Source: an uncultured Desulfobacteraceae bacterium (GTDB lineage Bacteria > Desulfobacterota > Desulfobacteria > Desulfobacterales > UBA11574). From it: a stretch of DNA of 64,000 nucleotides. The stretch covers positions 12,637 to 76,636 of the forward strand of contig CAZIIV010000001.1 in assembly GCA_964539365.1 (NCBI GenBank), read 5' to 3'. The translations under genes were made by a program, and so were the position numbers. Position 1 is the first letter of the stretch, and each line of letters opens with the position of its first letter. Positions 20,587 to 29,992 of the stretch are shown one piece after another. The notes under the pieces were generated by a model. The model had not been told where the DNA came from. It worked only from the letters and a program-made list of their open reading frames with translations, and ran no database searches.

Positions 20587-20672
20587 TTCTGGATACTGGA
20601 TGCTCGATGCTGGATAAAATAAGGACAACTTCATTTTTAGAGTCCAACAGCCAAAAACAAGCATCAAGCATC
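20587..20672. repeat. Low-complexity imperfect hairpin element (IVS-type arms, no gene)
   Basis: The left arm contains GATGCTCGATGCTGG. The right arm AGCATCAAGCATC is its imperfect reverse complement. The two are separated by about 30 nt. Confidence 0.4.
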
Positions 20673-20763
20673 TTTTTCGTAAAGGTACAACATGGAATAA
20701 TAAAACGTGTTGCCACAAAAAAAACAAAAAATAATTAATAGGTGTCTAAATACTGTTGGACGA

Positions 20764-20961
20764 TCAGTCCGGTAACGATTTATGAATTAAGATTATCAAA
20801 GGTACAACCACGCTCAAAACGAACAGCACTCCTTCATATGAGGTCCAGGCTTCATACGGGGTCTTCCCTTTTTTGCGTGCGGTGACATACTCAGCCAAAA
20901 ATCCCAAGCCCATCACCAGCCAGAGTGTCAATACCGCAACTATTATCGTCGGTGTATTCAT
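20764..20961 (-). CDS. Hypothetical small membrane protein
   Basis: 65 aa with two hydrophobic helices. Weak RBS. Confidence 0.35.
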   Translation of the reverse strand: MNTPTIIVAVLTLWLVMGLGFLAEYVTARKKGKTPYEAWTSYEGVLFVLSVVVPLIILIHKSLPD

Positions 20962-21597
20962 ATCTCAGGTTGCCCCATATTTACAAAACCCGGGTAAATA
21001 CCTGAATCTTGCATATGAAAGCCTCCGACTCGTGCAAAATTCAGGAAATAGTTTTGAAAGCGCCTTAAGTCTAACGGCAAACTCAATGCTTACATTAACT
21101 AGATTTTTAAAATATACTATAAAATTAAAAGATTTTCAAGGGCCTTATGTGTTGCCGTTTCATTTGAAAAATACAAAGAAAGACTTTTTTTTAAGTTGAC
21201 GACCGTGGTAACCGTTCAAAAAAATACTCCATGTTGAAATCTGTCTGGAAATAAGGTAATATAAATTAAAAAGGACAATTCCTGACACCTCATTTGCCTG
21301 ATCAGAAGGAAGGCAGAAAATGATACCGGCAAAGTTAACATCCCGGAAATTCTATAACCTTACGAAATTAAATGTTATTTAATGGCAATCTGTTTATGCA
21401 ATCAGAATAGAATGTTTGAATATTGGAATATTGCAATACAGGGAATAAGAGCGGAAATAACCCAGTTTAAGCGTAAAAAATTCCTTCAAACCCATGATTC
21501 CATTACCCCATCATTCCACTATTCCAATTGGGGCGGAGCCCATAAGTTTGGTTCTTCCCATTTTTTTCGTGTGCCGTCTGAGAAACAAAGTGATGAA

Positions 21598-21957
21598 ATG
21601 CTTAACAGCTTTGTTGAGGATGAAACTGAAGATAACATACCGGATCGAGAGGAATATATTCTTTGTCGCCAGTGCCGTAATAGGATAACAAGTCCGGCAG
21701 AGCGCATAGAAGTCCAGGGATCTCACCGTCACACATTTGCCAATCCCCACGGAATTGTTTTTGAAATAGGATGTTTTAGAACCGTTAAAGGATGCGGCCA
21801 TGCAGGTCCGGCATCCACGGATTTTAGCTGGTTTTCGGGCTTTAGCTGGAGAATTGCCGTTTGCATCAAGTGCCTGACCCATCTGGGATGGCTTTTTACA
21901 TCGCCGGACCAGGGCCATTTTCACGGGCTGATCCTGGATCGTCTTATAACCCGATAA
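21598..21957 (+). CDS. CULT-domain (cereblon-like, Yippee/Mis18-fold) protein
   Basis: Two CxxC pairs ('CRQCRNRI', 'CIKCLTHLGW') and three Trp in 'FSWFSGFSWRIAVC...LGWLF', matching the zinc site and tri-Trp pocket layout of bacterial cereblon isoforms. I place the start at ATG 21598, giving 119 aa. Confidence 0.75.
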   Translation: MLNSFVEDETEDNIPDREEYILCRQCRNRITSPAERIEVQGSHRHTFANPHGIVFEIGCFRTVKGCGHAGPASTDFSWFSGFSWRIAVCIKCLTHLGWLFTSPDQGHFHGLILDRLITR

Positions 21958-22030
21958 TTCCCGACTCGAACCTGTAACTTTTCAATAGGTTCTGGTATAT
22001 TAAATAATTATATTGACCTGCATTTTTAAT

Positions 22031-22070
22031 AAAAAAAGCCGAGATCTTAAAAAAATCTCGGCTTTTTTTA
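22031..22070. terminator. Bidirectional rho-independent terminator
   Basis: AAGCCGAGAT / ATCTCGGCTT 10-bp stem flanked by an A-run and a T-run. Lies between convergent genes. Confidence 0.75.
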
Positions 22071-22082
22071 CATTCGGGTTAC

Positions 22083-22751
22083 TTATTTTAAAACTCCGTT
22101 GATGGCATTTATGGCGTCGTCGATACTTAAGTTTTCGGTATTGATGATAAGATCGTAGTTAAAGATATCTGTGATATCGGCATTAAAATATTTTTTTATA
22201 AATCCTTTGCGATCCGATTCTGTTTTTGTGATCCTTTGTTTTGCTTCTTCAACAGTAATGCCGAGTTTTTTAGATACATTTCGGATTCTTTTCTCCATCG
22301 GCGCTATTACTCTAATACTGAGTCTTTTGTGAGGGGGAATAATAAAATTGGACCCCCTGCCGATGATAACAGCCCGGCCGTGTTTGCCGATGGTTCCGAT
22401 AATTTTCATTAAATGCTGGAGATACTGATCCGGCCATAGATGTCTCTTGTCTACAAGTGAGGATATCCATTCCTCAAGTACTGAAACACTTTTTTCGTCC
22501 AACGTTTCAACGAATTGAACACTTACACGAGCACTTTCAGCCATGTTATGGAGCACTTCCTGGTGAAACAATCCATATCCTAGTTTTTCGGCAAGACGCT
22601 CGGCCAAGGTGTCTCCCCCACTACCGTGCTCCCTGGAAAAGGTTATGACAGAAATACGTTCTTCCTCTTTTTTCTCTTCCGTTCGCATAATCTCCCATCT
22701 CCGCACCTGCTCTTCTACAATCTTTTCGATAGAACGTATTTTAGTTTTCAT
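22083..22751 (-). CDS. Cytidylate kinase-like family P-loop protein
   Basis: 'ITFSREHGSGGDTLAERLAEKLGY' is typical of the cytidylate-kinase-like family. I place the start at ATG 22751, which has an AGGAGG RBS. Confidence 0.75.
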   Translation of the reverse strand: MKTKIRSIEKIVEEQVRRWEIMRTEEKKEEERISVITFSREHGSGGDTLAERLAEKLGYGLFHQEVLHNMAESARVSVQFVETLDEKSVSVLEEWISSLVDKRHLWPDQYLQHLMKIIGTIGKHGRAVIIGRGSNFIIPPHKRLSIRVIAPMEKRIRNVSKKLGITVEEAKQRITKTESDRKGFIKKYFNADITDIFNYDLIINTENLSIDDAINAINGVLK

Positions 22752-23086
22752 GTTACCTCCTTTCATGGTTGGATTGTGGATGGGCAACAATTCATGTGAA
22801 AACACACAGGGTTCGATCTGCAGAATTAAACGTCTCAGAGATTCTACAATTTTTTGAAATTAAAGGTTTTCGACAAGATTTACGTCAAAAAGGCTGCAAT
22901 GGAGCCGGAAACAGGGCCGGAAAAATTTTCAGAGGTAAATGAAAGTCAATCGAGTTGAAATCCCAAAAGTCGTCGGGGAAATACACATCACTTTGGCATG
23001 ATCATGTTCAGCATTTGCTCCAAAGCGTTTTTAACAATTCAATTAATTTTATGATATCGTCACAAATGTGTCAAGAAAAGAAAATT

Positions 23087-23272
23087 ATGCTAAAATCTCC
23101 CGTAATCAAGACACCACTTCCCGGACCTAAGGCGCGCAAACTCATAGAGCAGGATAGCACTTACGTTTCGCCGTCATACACACGGTATTATCCGCTTGTT
23201 GCAGAAAAAGGTCGGGGACTATGGGTCCACGACGTTGACGGCAATGTTTTTCTCGATTTTACAGGGGGATAA
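23087..23272 (+). pseudogene. gabT: 5' stump (61 codons) of a class-III aminotransferase (4-aminobutyrate aminotransferase-like)
   Basis: 'LPGPKARKLIEQDSTYVSPSYTRYYPLVAEKGRGLWVHDVDGNVFLDFTGG' is the conserved GabT N-terminus. It ends in a stop where 'GGIAV...' would normally continue; full-length enzymes are about 430 aa. Confidence 0.75.
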
Positions 23273-23309
23273 CCAAAGTATGGTCATTGGGCCAGGATTT
23301 TTACTTATC

Positions 23310-24623
23310 TTATGCAAAAAAACTCTGCATGATCTTTCTGAATCTTTCGCCTCGCCATGTAGCGGACGGTCTTGTTGCTTCGGATACGAGGATATCCTGA
23401 TTCAAGAAGGGTAAAAAGTCAGAAATCCTTGGGATAATTACTCTGACTACCGGAAAATTCAATACCGGATGGGTGTGGTTGAGTAGGATACAGTCGGTAT
23501 TGAAATGGTTACATATTTTTTTAAGTTCCTGAATCTCGCTGAAAACATCCTTGACTTCGGTGTTCCGGTATGCCCCCATTTCTCCTTTCTCAAGAAATGA
23601 GATATCTTTTGGAGAAATAGAACATTTCATTAACAGGTAAAAATTGTTAACCCGAGATCGATGCACAATCGGTTTATCCAACTGCGGACGGGGCGCCAAC
23701 AGCGTTTCACGGCCTTGCATGCTCTCCGTAAAACACCGTGTCAGACCTTCGTCCATATTAAAAGATACCCCCGGTATCAGTATTTTATGTTCCCATCGAT
23801 CCGGAGACAAATTGTGGTTGATAAACAGGACGCCAATGCAGGGCAAGACCCCGCCCAGAGAGAGATCCTTTATTATTACATGAACATTGTTTCCGTGATA
23901 GAATTTAACCATATCCTTTATCACGGCATTGTTCACGGAATTCGGATCAATTGATGGAACTGTTTTTTCAGGTTTGATTATTTGTATTTGGGCATGACGT
24001 TCGAATATTTCACATGAGGCCTGAATCATGGCCTCTTCCATGGTGTTTCCCGCCGCTATCCCATTGGAGGCATGAATATAGGTAATAAAATTGACCGGAA
24101 CTTTTACGGTTTCTTCACGAGTTATTGAGAAACCGTCAACCCAATGTCGGGCCATTCTGCTGTTTTTGATATGCTCAATATCTGCATCAGTCAGATGACG
24201 TTCGTTTGCCAGCAGGTCTTCTATTCTCAGAGTACTTTCTTCCAATTCATCCTGGTGGGAATGGACATATCCATCCATCCACTCATAATTTAGGAATCTA
24301 TTGGTTTCCTCATTGTAAAGGGCCGGAATGTTAAACCTCACGCGTTCTTCAAAGACCGGATAGAACAGTCCTGCGCTGAAGCGCTCCGCCAGCTCTGCGT
24401 ATGCGCTGGCCTCCGCCAGCTCCGGGGTAATGCCTTTTCCATTACATACGATCCGAATTGAATCAATCCAGATCCGTCCCCAATAAATGTTGTCCGAAAC
24501 CTGAAAGGGGGAGTATTCAACGTTGAGCTGCAACTTGCGAAATCCGTCTTTAATTCTACGGATCGTGTTGGACGGAAGATCGCATTTGCCATACTTATTT
24601 CTGACAGAATTCTGAAATTTCAC
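23310..24623 (-). CDS. YcaO-domain protein (ATP-dependent backbone-modifying enzyme family), stand-alone
   Basis: 'NGKGITPELAEASAYAELAERFS' and 'SNGIAAGNTMEEAMIQASCEIFERHA' are the two hallmark YcaO motifs. GTG start. Confidence 0.85.
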   Translation of the reverse strand: MKFQNSVRNKYGKCDLPSNTIRRIKDGFRKLQLNVEYSPFQVSDNIYWGRIWIDSIRIVCNGKGITPELAEASAYAELAERFSAGLFYPVFEERVRFNIPALYNEETNRFLNYEWMDGYVHSHQDELEESTLRIEDLLANERHLTDADIEHIKNSRMARHWVDGFSITREETVKVPVNFITYIHASNGIAAGNTMEEAMIQASCEIFERHAQIQIIKPEKTVPSIDPNSVNNAVIKDMVKFYHGNNVHVIIKDLSLGGVLPCIGVLFINHNLSPDRWEHKILIPGVSFNMDEGLTRCFTESMQGRETLLAPRPQLDKPIVHRSRVNNFYLLMKCSISPKDISFLEKGEMGAYRNTEVKDVFSEIQELKKICNHFNTDCILLNHTHPVLNFPVVRVIIPRISDFLPFLNQDILVSEATRPSATWRGERFRKIMQSFFA

Positions 24624-25012
24624 TTTTTATATCGCCTGTTCTCGATATGCGTATATTGATTACATATCATAACTTCTCAATACATTATAATTCCGCGTTG
24701 ATTCAGAGGAAATTTGCAATTTACAACTATTTAATATTCTTATCTGTTTAGGAAAAATGCAACCATTTTATCAAATGAAAATATAAAATAATATACACTT
24801 TGTCAAATAGTTGTCCGGAATAAAAAACAGGCTTCCTTATTTTTTATGTACTGGCAAAATAACGCAACAGCCGATTCACATGCTATATTTGTATTCTGGA
24901 ATAACATGTTCTGTTAAATTGAACAGTGTATCAAAAACTTTCAGTAACTCATCGCCCCTCGCTCATTGGTCAACCAACGATTTTAAACCGATTCTAAACT
25001 CCCAATCAGGAT

Positions 25013-25396
25013 CTAAGTGCCGGGCAATCCGGGTAGAGGTGAAGGGGGTTCGGGCAGTGGTGGTTCAGGAGATGGGGATGTCGCCGGCATTGATTTGATC
25101 TGGTAATAAGAGTGAAAGTCTCTTTGGAACACCGACGGTTCTGCCATGCAAATTGTCATATACTCATCGGTATCGCCGGATGATGTAAAAGAATCTATTA
25201 CTGTATTTAAAAATACAAAATCTTGATATATTGCCGTTTGTACATTGCACAGTTGAACGGGCCGAAGGCTTGTAATTTTATCTATAGGAAATTTATGCGT
25301 ATAATCATTTTGCCCGCTACATAGATTTGTCTGGACTATAGTAGCAAAAAGAAAAGGTGTGATAGCAATAATGACTATAAATATTATTTTCTTCAT
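25013..25396 (-). CDS. Hypothetical secreted protein with Pro-rich C-terminus
   Basis: 127 aa with a signal-like N-terminus 'MKKIIFIVIIAITPFLFA' and C-terminal 'PATSPSPEPPLPEPPSPLPGLPGT'. AAGAGG RBS. Confidence 0.5.
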   Translation of the reverse strand: MKKIIFIVIIAITPFLFATIVQTNLCSGQNDYTHKFPIDKITSLRPVQLCNVQTAIYQDFVFLNTVIDSFTSSGDTDEYMTICMAEPSVFQRDFHSYYQIKSMPATSPSPEPPLPEPPSPLPGLPGT

Positions 25397-25997
25397 GGAT
25401 TGACCTCTTTCCCGGATTCAAGTTTAAAACTTCAGCGTTGCTCCTCCGGAACGCTATTAATTGATAAGAATTAATTTGCCTAAAGCGCATTTTTGAAAAG
25501 CTGAACGCTTTTGAAAATTCTCATTGTCTAAAGTAATATGGAATACTGCAAAAATCGTGCAAGGTTATCATTTTATTTTTTAAAATAGAAATAACATAAG
25601 ATATCAGTTGGTTGTAATATATTATCGAATTTTACATCAAAATTGTCTTAAAATATTCGGCAATTAATTTGCTATTTTTTGGCACTTTTTAAATTATGTG
25701 GGGGTAATATTAAAAAAAGATAAAACTGAAGAAGCTAAAAGGATAGGCCAACTGGTTTGAAGTGGGGGAATAAAAGATAATTGAAACATTATTAGTAAAC
25801 AAAATACGCCATAGTGGTGAGAGATTTGTGAGGCTCTGAGCGGTGAAGATTGTTTAGTGCACGAAGCAAACCTAATATTTTTATAGAATTCAAAGAAAGC
25901 AAACCCTAAACCTGAATAATACCGATAGTATTTTTAAAATTAAACTCTGAGTTTGACGCAGATATTCGCGAAAAAAAACAGTTTTTGTTCAGGAGCG

Positions 25998-26696
25998 TTA
26001 TTTGGGTGCCAGCAAAAGGTTCTGTCCCGGGTATATTAAAGATTTATCTTCCAGCTTGTTCAACATTTGGATCTTTTCCACCGTCAAAGCATAACGGCGA
26101 CTGATGCTATAAAGTGTTTCACCGGCCTTGACAGTATGGCAACCCTTATTCTTGGATTTCCTGAAACCTTTTAAGGACTCGGAAGCTTTAGCTTTCCGGG
26201 GTTTTTCCTCTGCTGCCTTTTTCGCAAAACTCCTATATGCTTCATCAGATTTCGGGTTTCCTATATACCTGTTATTCTTCCATAGGCCCATATATTTACC
26301 ACCATTAGGCTGAATATAAGTTCCCTGGCCATTTATCTTACCGTTCTCCCACTCACCCACATATTTACTGTCGTCGGAAAACGTATAAGTTCCTTGGCCA
26401 TGCCTTTGATTATCCATGAATTGTCCTACATATTTACTTCCGTCAGGATAAATATAAATTCCTTGCCCATTTCTCTGATTATTTTTCCACTGCCCCTTAT
26501 AATTACTGCTATCAAGATAGGTAATAGTTCCTTGTCCGTCCAGCTGGCTGTTTTTCCATTGGCCATGATATTCAGCGCCGTCGGAATACTTATAAGTTCC
26601 TTGACCGTTCTCACAATTACCTTTTGTACATTCGCCAAAAGCAGTTAATGGAATAATAGAAATAATAAATAAGGAAGATAATATTAAGTATTTCAT
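25998..26696 (-). CDS. Secreted MORN-repeat protein with C-terminal LysM domain
   Basis: Signal peptide, then about five MORN repeats ('Y.G.W.N....G.G'), then a LysM region 'HTVKAGETLYSISRRYALTVEKIQMLN'. AGGAGG RBS. Confidence 0.85.
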   Translation of the reverse strand: MKYLILSSLFIISIIPLTAFGECTKGNCENGQGTYKYSDGAEYHGQWKNSQLDGQGTITYLDSSNYKGQWKNNQRNGQGIYIYPDGSKYVGQFMDNQRHGQGTYTFSDDSKYVGEWENGKINGQGTYIQPNGGKYMGLWKNNRYIGNPKSDEAYRSFAKKAAEEKPRKAKASESLKGFRKSKNKGCHTVKAGETLYSISRRYALTVEKIQMLNKLEDKSLIYPGQNLLLAPK

Positions 26697-26975
26697 TTGG
26701 AAACCTCCTTTTCGGCATTTTTGAAAATGACAAGAAGTCTTTCTATGAAAACCGCTCTTAACTATATAAAATGAATAGACTTTATCATGTCAAGCAAAAT
26801 TATATATAATTCATTTGAATTACGATATATTGTAGTTTATTAGATAGAATTGCTATATATTGAGCATCACTAATATAGGATATTAAGCAAAATTATTTGA
26901 TTTTATTACAATGCCGATTTAAGTACCTCTAAAAAGTCCGGCATTATGGATTTCTGGCCAATCGAGACCGGACGG

Positions 26976-27203
26976 CTAACCTGTTTCCCCGTAGAACTTC
27001 AGTTCCCAATCCCATGATTGTGAGTCGTGACGGAGAATGTAAATCGCATTGTCGTCTCCTAAGACCTTAAAATACCGGTGGCTTGGAGACATCCATCGAT
27101 CTTGAATTTCTTTGATCTCGATTTTTCTATTACCCAGCCGGATTTGCCGGGGCGTTTCTTCACCCCGGTATCCGGAATAACATGCCACTTGTATTTGCAT
27201 CAA
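26976..27203 (-). CDS. Hypothetical small protein
   Basis: 75 aa with an AGGAG RBS 6 nt upstream. No recognised domain. Lies immediately downstream (in its own orientation) of the left inverted-repeat copy. Confidence 0.55.
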   Translation of the reverse strand: MMQIQVACYSGYRGEETPRQIRLGNRKIEIKEIQDRWMSPSHRYFKVLGDDNAIYILRHDSQSWDWELKFYGETG

Positions 27204-27304
27204 TTGCTCCTGATGATCATCCGCTTCTGAATCCGGACAGAACTTAGTTCGCTTCGCTCACTATTGGAATGGTGGAAGAGTGGAATGGTGGAATAATGGG
27301 CTTT

Positions 27305-27528
27305 GGGACTTTCCGCTCCAATGTTCACTCCAATCCATTCAATAAATGTGTAACCGACACAACTTTTTATAGACTTCAAGATCCTCCACGTCCATATAAT
27401 TGCTATGGGTTACCTCGTTTCCCCCTTAACCCTGAAACCTGACACCTGAAACCTGGCACCTAAAGAAAGGGCTTCGGAGCCACGGTTGTCAATAGACAAG
27501 GGGCAGCGTTGACCAATGGCCTTGATTT
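27305..27528 (-). repeat. Left copy of the inverted repeat: decayed four-helix-bundle (23S-IVS-protein type) element
   Basis: Its reverse complement aligns along its length with 34080-34383. It contains a degenerate heptamer arm (27431-27460) and an 18-codon 4HB gene start 'MDVEDLEVYKKLCRLHIY*'. Confidence 0.8.
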
Positions 27529-27628
27529 GCACCTACCGGCTGCTCAGATTCCGATAACAGATACCGACCGTATTATCAAGCAGGCATTTCTTTATGAATA
27601 AAAATGTGTTATCTAAAAAATAAACGCT

Positions 27629-29608
27629 ATGGAAACTCTTTATACACAAAATATAATCCATGCCCTAAAAATATTAAGAAGGTGCATTCCCGATGTCCAA
27701 GACAGACTCGGACTCGGTCGAAGCAAGGATGTTACCGCCTGGAGCAGAATTGTTGACGGCAAACTGCTTACCCGACTTTCTCCTGATTTCCCCATTATGG
27801 CAACCATCTGCGGCGGTGGTTCTTCAGGGAAATCAAGCCTGTTTAACTCCTTGGTAGGGGAATGCATTTCGCCGGTGGGCGGCAGTGCAGGGCTTAACCG
27901 CCGGGTACTTGCTTCCGTGCACCGGGAAATTTTCAATCGGCCAAACATCCTTTCCGACCTGTTTGAGCCGTTCGGATGTTTGCCCGAACCTCTGAAAGAA
28001 ACGCAGGATCTTACCGTTTCCGGACATCCCCTCTATGTTCTGAGCGATGCCATGCCCCAAAATCTTGTGCTGATGGATACACCGGATTTTGACACCGGAG
28101 CCAAAGGCACTTACATTAACCGGGATATTACACTAAAGGCTCTGGAATCATGCGATATCCTGATATATGTTTTCACAAATTCCAACTATAACAACCGTGA
28201 AAATACCGATTTTATATCGGAAATGCTTACGGGCATCGGAATGAGAAAATGCTTTTTGGTCTATCGGGTTTATCCCAGCTTTGGAACAGAAGAGGTTCGG
28301 GAACACGCTATGACCGTTGCCCGAAACTTGTATGGTAATGACGCAGACCGATACGTACTGGGAATTTATCGTGCGGATGAGGATAATGCCGTGGCTTCGG
28401 GCAAACGATTCATGTCATTGCGCCCGGTTCGTAAAACAGATCCTTCGTTCATAACAGCTCTCCAATCCATGGATTCCCGGGAATTAAGAATCGAACTTCT
28501 TTTTTCCATATTGAAGGATGTGTTAATCATGGCCGGAGATTTTCTGGAACATGCGAGAATTTCCCGTGATGAGCTTCGTCTTTATCTTGATGCCCTGCAG
28601 ACAGCCCAAAGTCATTGCGTGCATGAAGCCTTGAAGCATTTTCCCGTGGACCGGGTCGTGAAACGTTTTGTTGAGATCTGGATGCTGACAGATCCTCCTT
28701 ATGTCAAAGCAATGCGCAAAACGGGCAGAGTGGTTGAGTTTCCCTTTAAAGTGGCATTAGATACACCGAAAAAGATAAGACATATGCTTTCCGGGACAAA
28801 AAAAACAGAGTCTCCACGAGATGTTACCGACACAATCGAAGAGGATCTTGTCACCGCCCTAAACCGTATGCATTACAAAACGGTGAATCCTGAAGTTTCG
28901 GTTTCCGCCAACCTGAAAGATCCGGTGACCCGGAAAATGCGTGAGGCCGTCGAACGGATCAGAGCGGAGAAATCTTTGAAAGACGATCAAAATCCGCACA
29001 TCGAGACTATGGAGAAACAAGTTTCTTTAAGATTCTTTGTTTCGGCGCACCCGGTTGTTTTTGAGGAGCAGGAAAAATTGCGGAATAGAGATTGGAAATC
29101 GGTGTTGGAATCTGTTCTGTCACGCCGGGACGTGATTATGGATTTGTCGCGAGGAATCGAGCAGGAGCTTAAAGATCTGGCAAAAAACTTTCGAAGAAAA
29201 ATGGGAACGTGGTTTAAGATTCGGCAGACGTTTTCAGCCTTTTTGAACGTGGTTCCGGCCACCGCGGCGGTAACGTACATCCTTTCAACCGGCGATCCCG
29301 TGGGCGCCGTGGGAATCAAGGTCAAGCTCACCGGACTGTTCGGATTGCATGACTTGTATGCCCTTGTTGCAATTCCTGCTACCACCGGTCTCAAAAGGGC
29401 TGATCAGAAACAGCTTGATGAGATGCTCGGTCCCATTGTCCGGGCATGGTTGAACAACAAACTTAAAGAGGTAAAGGATCTTTTTGAGCAGGAAATTACC
29501 GGCGGGATAATTCGGGTGTCAAAAGATGCCGTGGATGAAGCGGATACCCTGATAAATCAGATACAAGTCAACATAGAAGCGTGTGGGAAGGTATTGACCG
29601 CTAGTTAA
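27629..29608 (+). CDS. Dynamin-like P-loop GTPase paralog 1 (degenerate G2/G4)
   Basis: 659 aa. 'ICGGGSSGKSSLFNSLVG' resembles the dynamin G1 motif (GxxSSGKSS). 'LMDTPDFD' is G3-like. The NKxD position reads 'YRVY'. Long helical C-terminal part with a hydrophobic segment 'FLNVVPATAAVTYILS...LYALVAIPATTGL'. Confidence 0.8.
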   Translation: METLYTQNIIHALKILRRCIPDVQDRLGLGRSKDVTAWSRIVDGKLLTRLSPDFPIMATICGGGSSGKSSLFNSLVGECISPVGGSAGLNRRVLASVHREIFNRPNILSDLFEPFGCLPEPLKETQDLTVSGHPLYVLSDAMPQNLVLMDTPDFDTGAKGTYINRDITLKALESCDILIYVFTNSNYNNRENTDFISEMLTGIGMRKCFLVYRVYPSFGTEEVREHAMTVARNLYGNDADRYVLGIYRADEDNAVASGKRFMSLRPVRKTDPSFITALQSMDSRELRIELLFSILKDVLIMAGDFLEHARISRDELRLYLDALQTAQSHCVHEALKHFPVDRVVKRFVEIWMLTDPPYVKAMRKTGRVVEFPFKVALDTPKKIRHMLSGTKKTESPRDVTDTIEEDLVTALNRMHYKTVNPEVSVSANLKDPVTRKMREAVERIRAEKSLKDDQNPHIETMEKQVSLRFFVSAHPVVFEEQEKLRNRDWKSVLESVLSRRDVIMDLSRGIEQELKDLAKNFRRKMGTWFKIRQTFSAFLNVVPATAAVTYILSTGDPVGAVGIKVKLTGLFGLHDLYALVAIPATTGLKRADQKQLDEMLGPIVRAWLNNKLKEVKDLFEQEITGGIIRVSKDAVDEADTLINQIQVNIEACGKVLTAS

Positions 29609-29644
29609 ATTTAAGTATCGGTTTGCGGAATAGTTGAGTTAGTA

Positions 29645-29914
29645 GAAATCCCAAATAACAAATCCCAAACAACAAACAAATACCAATGACCAAAATTTCA
29701 AATAACAAACCAGTATATGATCTTGAAGAAAGAACATTCCAGTTCGCTAAAGCTGTCAGGCTTTTCGTTAAAACATTGCCCAAAAGTTGATACAAGAGGC
29801 AAATGAATTGAAAAAAATATTTTCATCAATACTGGAAAAATCAAAATAGTTTAGGTCATTAGTATTTGGAATTTGAGATTTATTTGGAATTTGATGCTTG
29901 GAATTTGGGATTTC
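29645..29914 (+). mobile_element. MITE-like four-helix-bundle (23S rRNA intervening-sequence protein type) element, decayed
   Basis: Imperfect low-complexity inverted arms at 29645-29691 (GAAATCCCAAAT...CCAATGACC) and 29854-29914 (GGTCATTAG...ATTTGGGATTTC) enclose a broken 4HB gene. Confidence 0.7.
29686..29849 (+). pseudogene. Four-helix-bundle (23S-IVS-type) protein gene with internal deletion
   Basis: N-terminal 34 codons 'MTKISNNKPVYDLEERTFQFAKAVRLFVKTLPKS*', then a C-terminal tail 'EANELKKIFSSILEKSK*'. The central ~80 codons expected for this family are missing. Confidence 0.65.
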
Positions 29915-29992
29915 AAAAATTCCGTGAACTGTTATAATATTATATCGATTTAATTGGGCGGGCAGAATTAAACACTTTTCAAAGGTCTTATT

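Noticed and set aside
20516-20716. 66-aa minus-strand ORF downstream of rmuC
   Set aside because: It spans the GATGCT-type hairpin element and has no RBS. It is likely non-coding.
21382-21597. 72-codon N-terminal extension of the CULT-domain ORF
   Set aside because: The extension covers a low-complexity ATTCCA-type repeat remnant, and single-domain bacterial CULT proteins are about 120 aa. The internal ATG 21598 is preferred but not proven.
22955-23086. 44-codon N-terminal extension of the gabT stump ORF
   Set aside because: GabT-like homology begins at Met 23087 ('MLKSPVIKTPLPGPKA'). The upstream part has no family resemblance.
25397-25997. 600-bp AT-rich intergenic region inspected for small RNAs, ORFs or arrays
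   Set aside because: I could not recognise any repeat structure, convincing ORF with RBS, or known RNA motif by eye. It remains unexplained.
29601-29795. 64-aa minus-strand ORF between the GTPase genes
   Set aside because: It is antisense to the four-helix-bundle pseudogene and its low-complexity arm.
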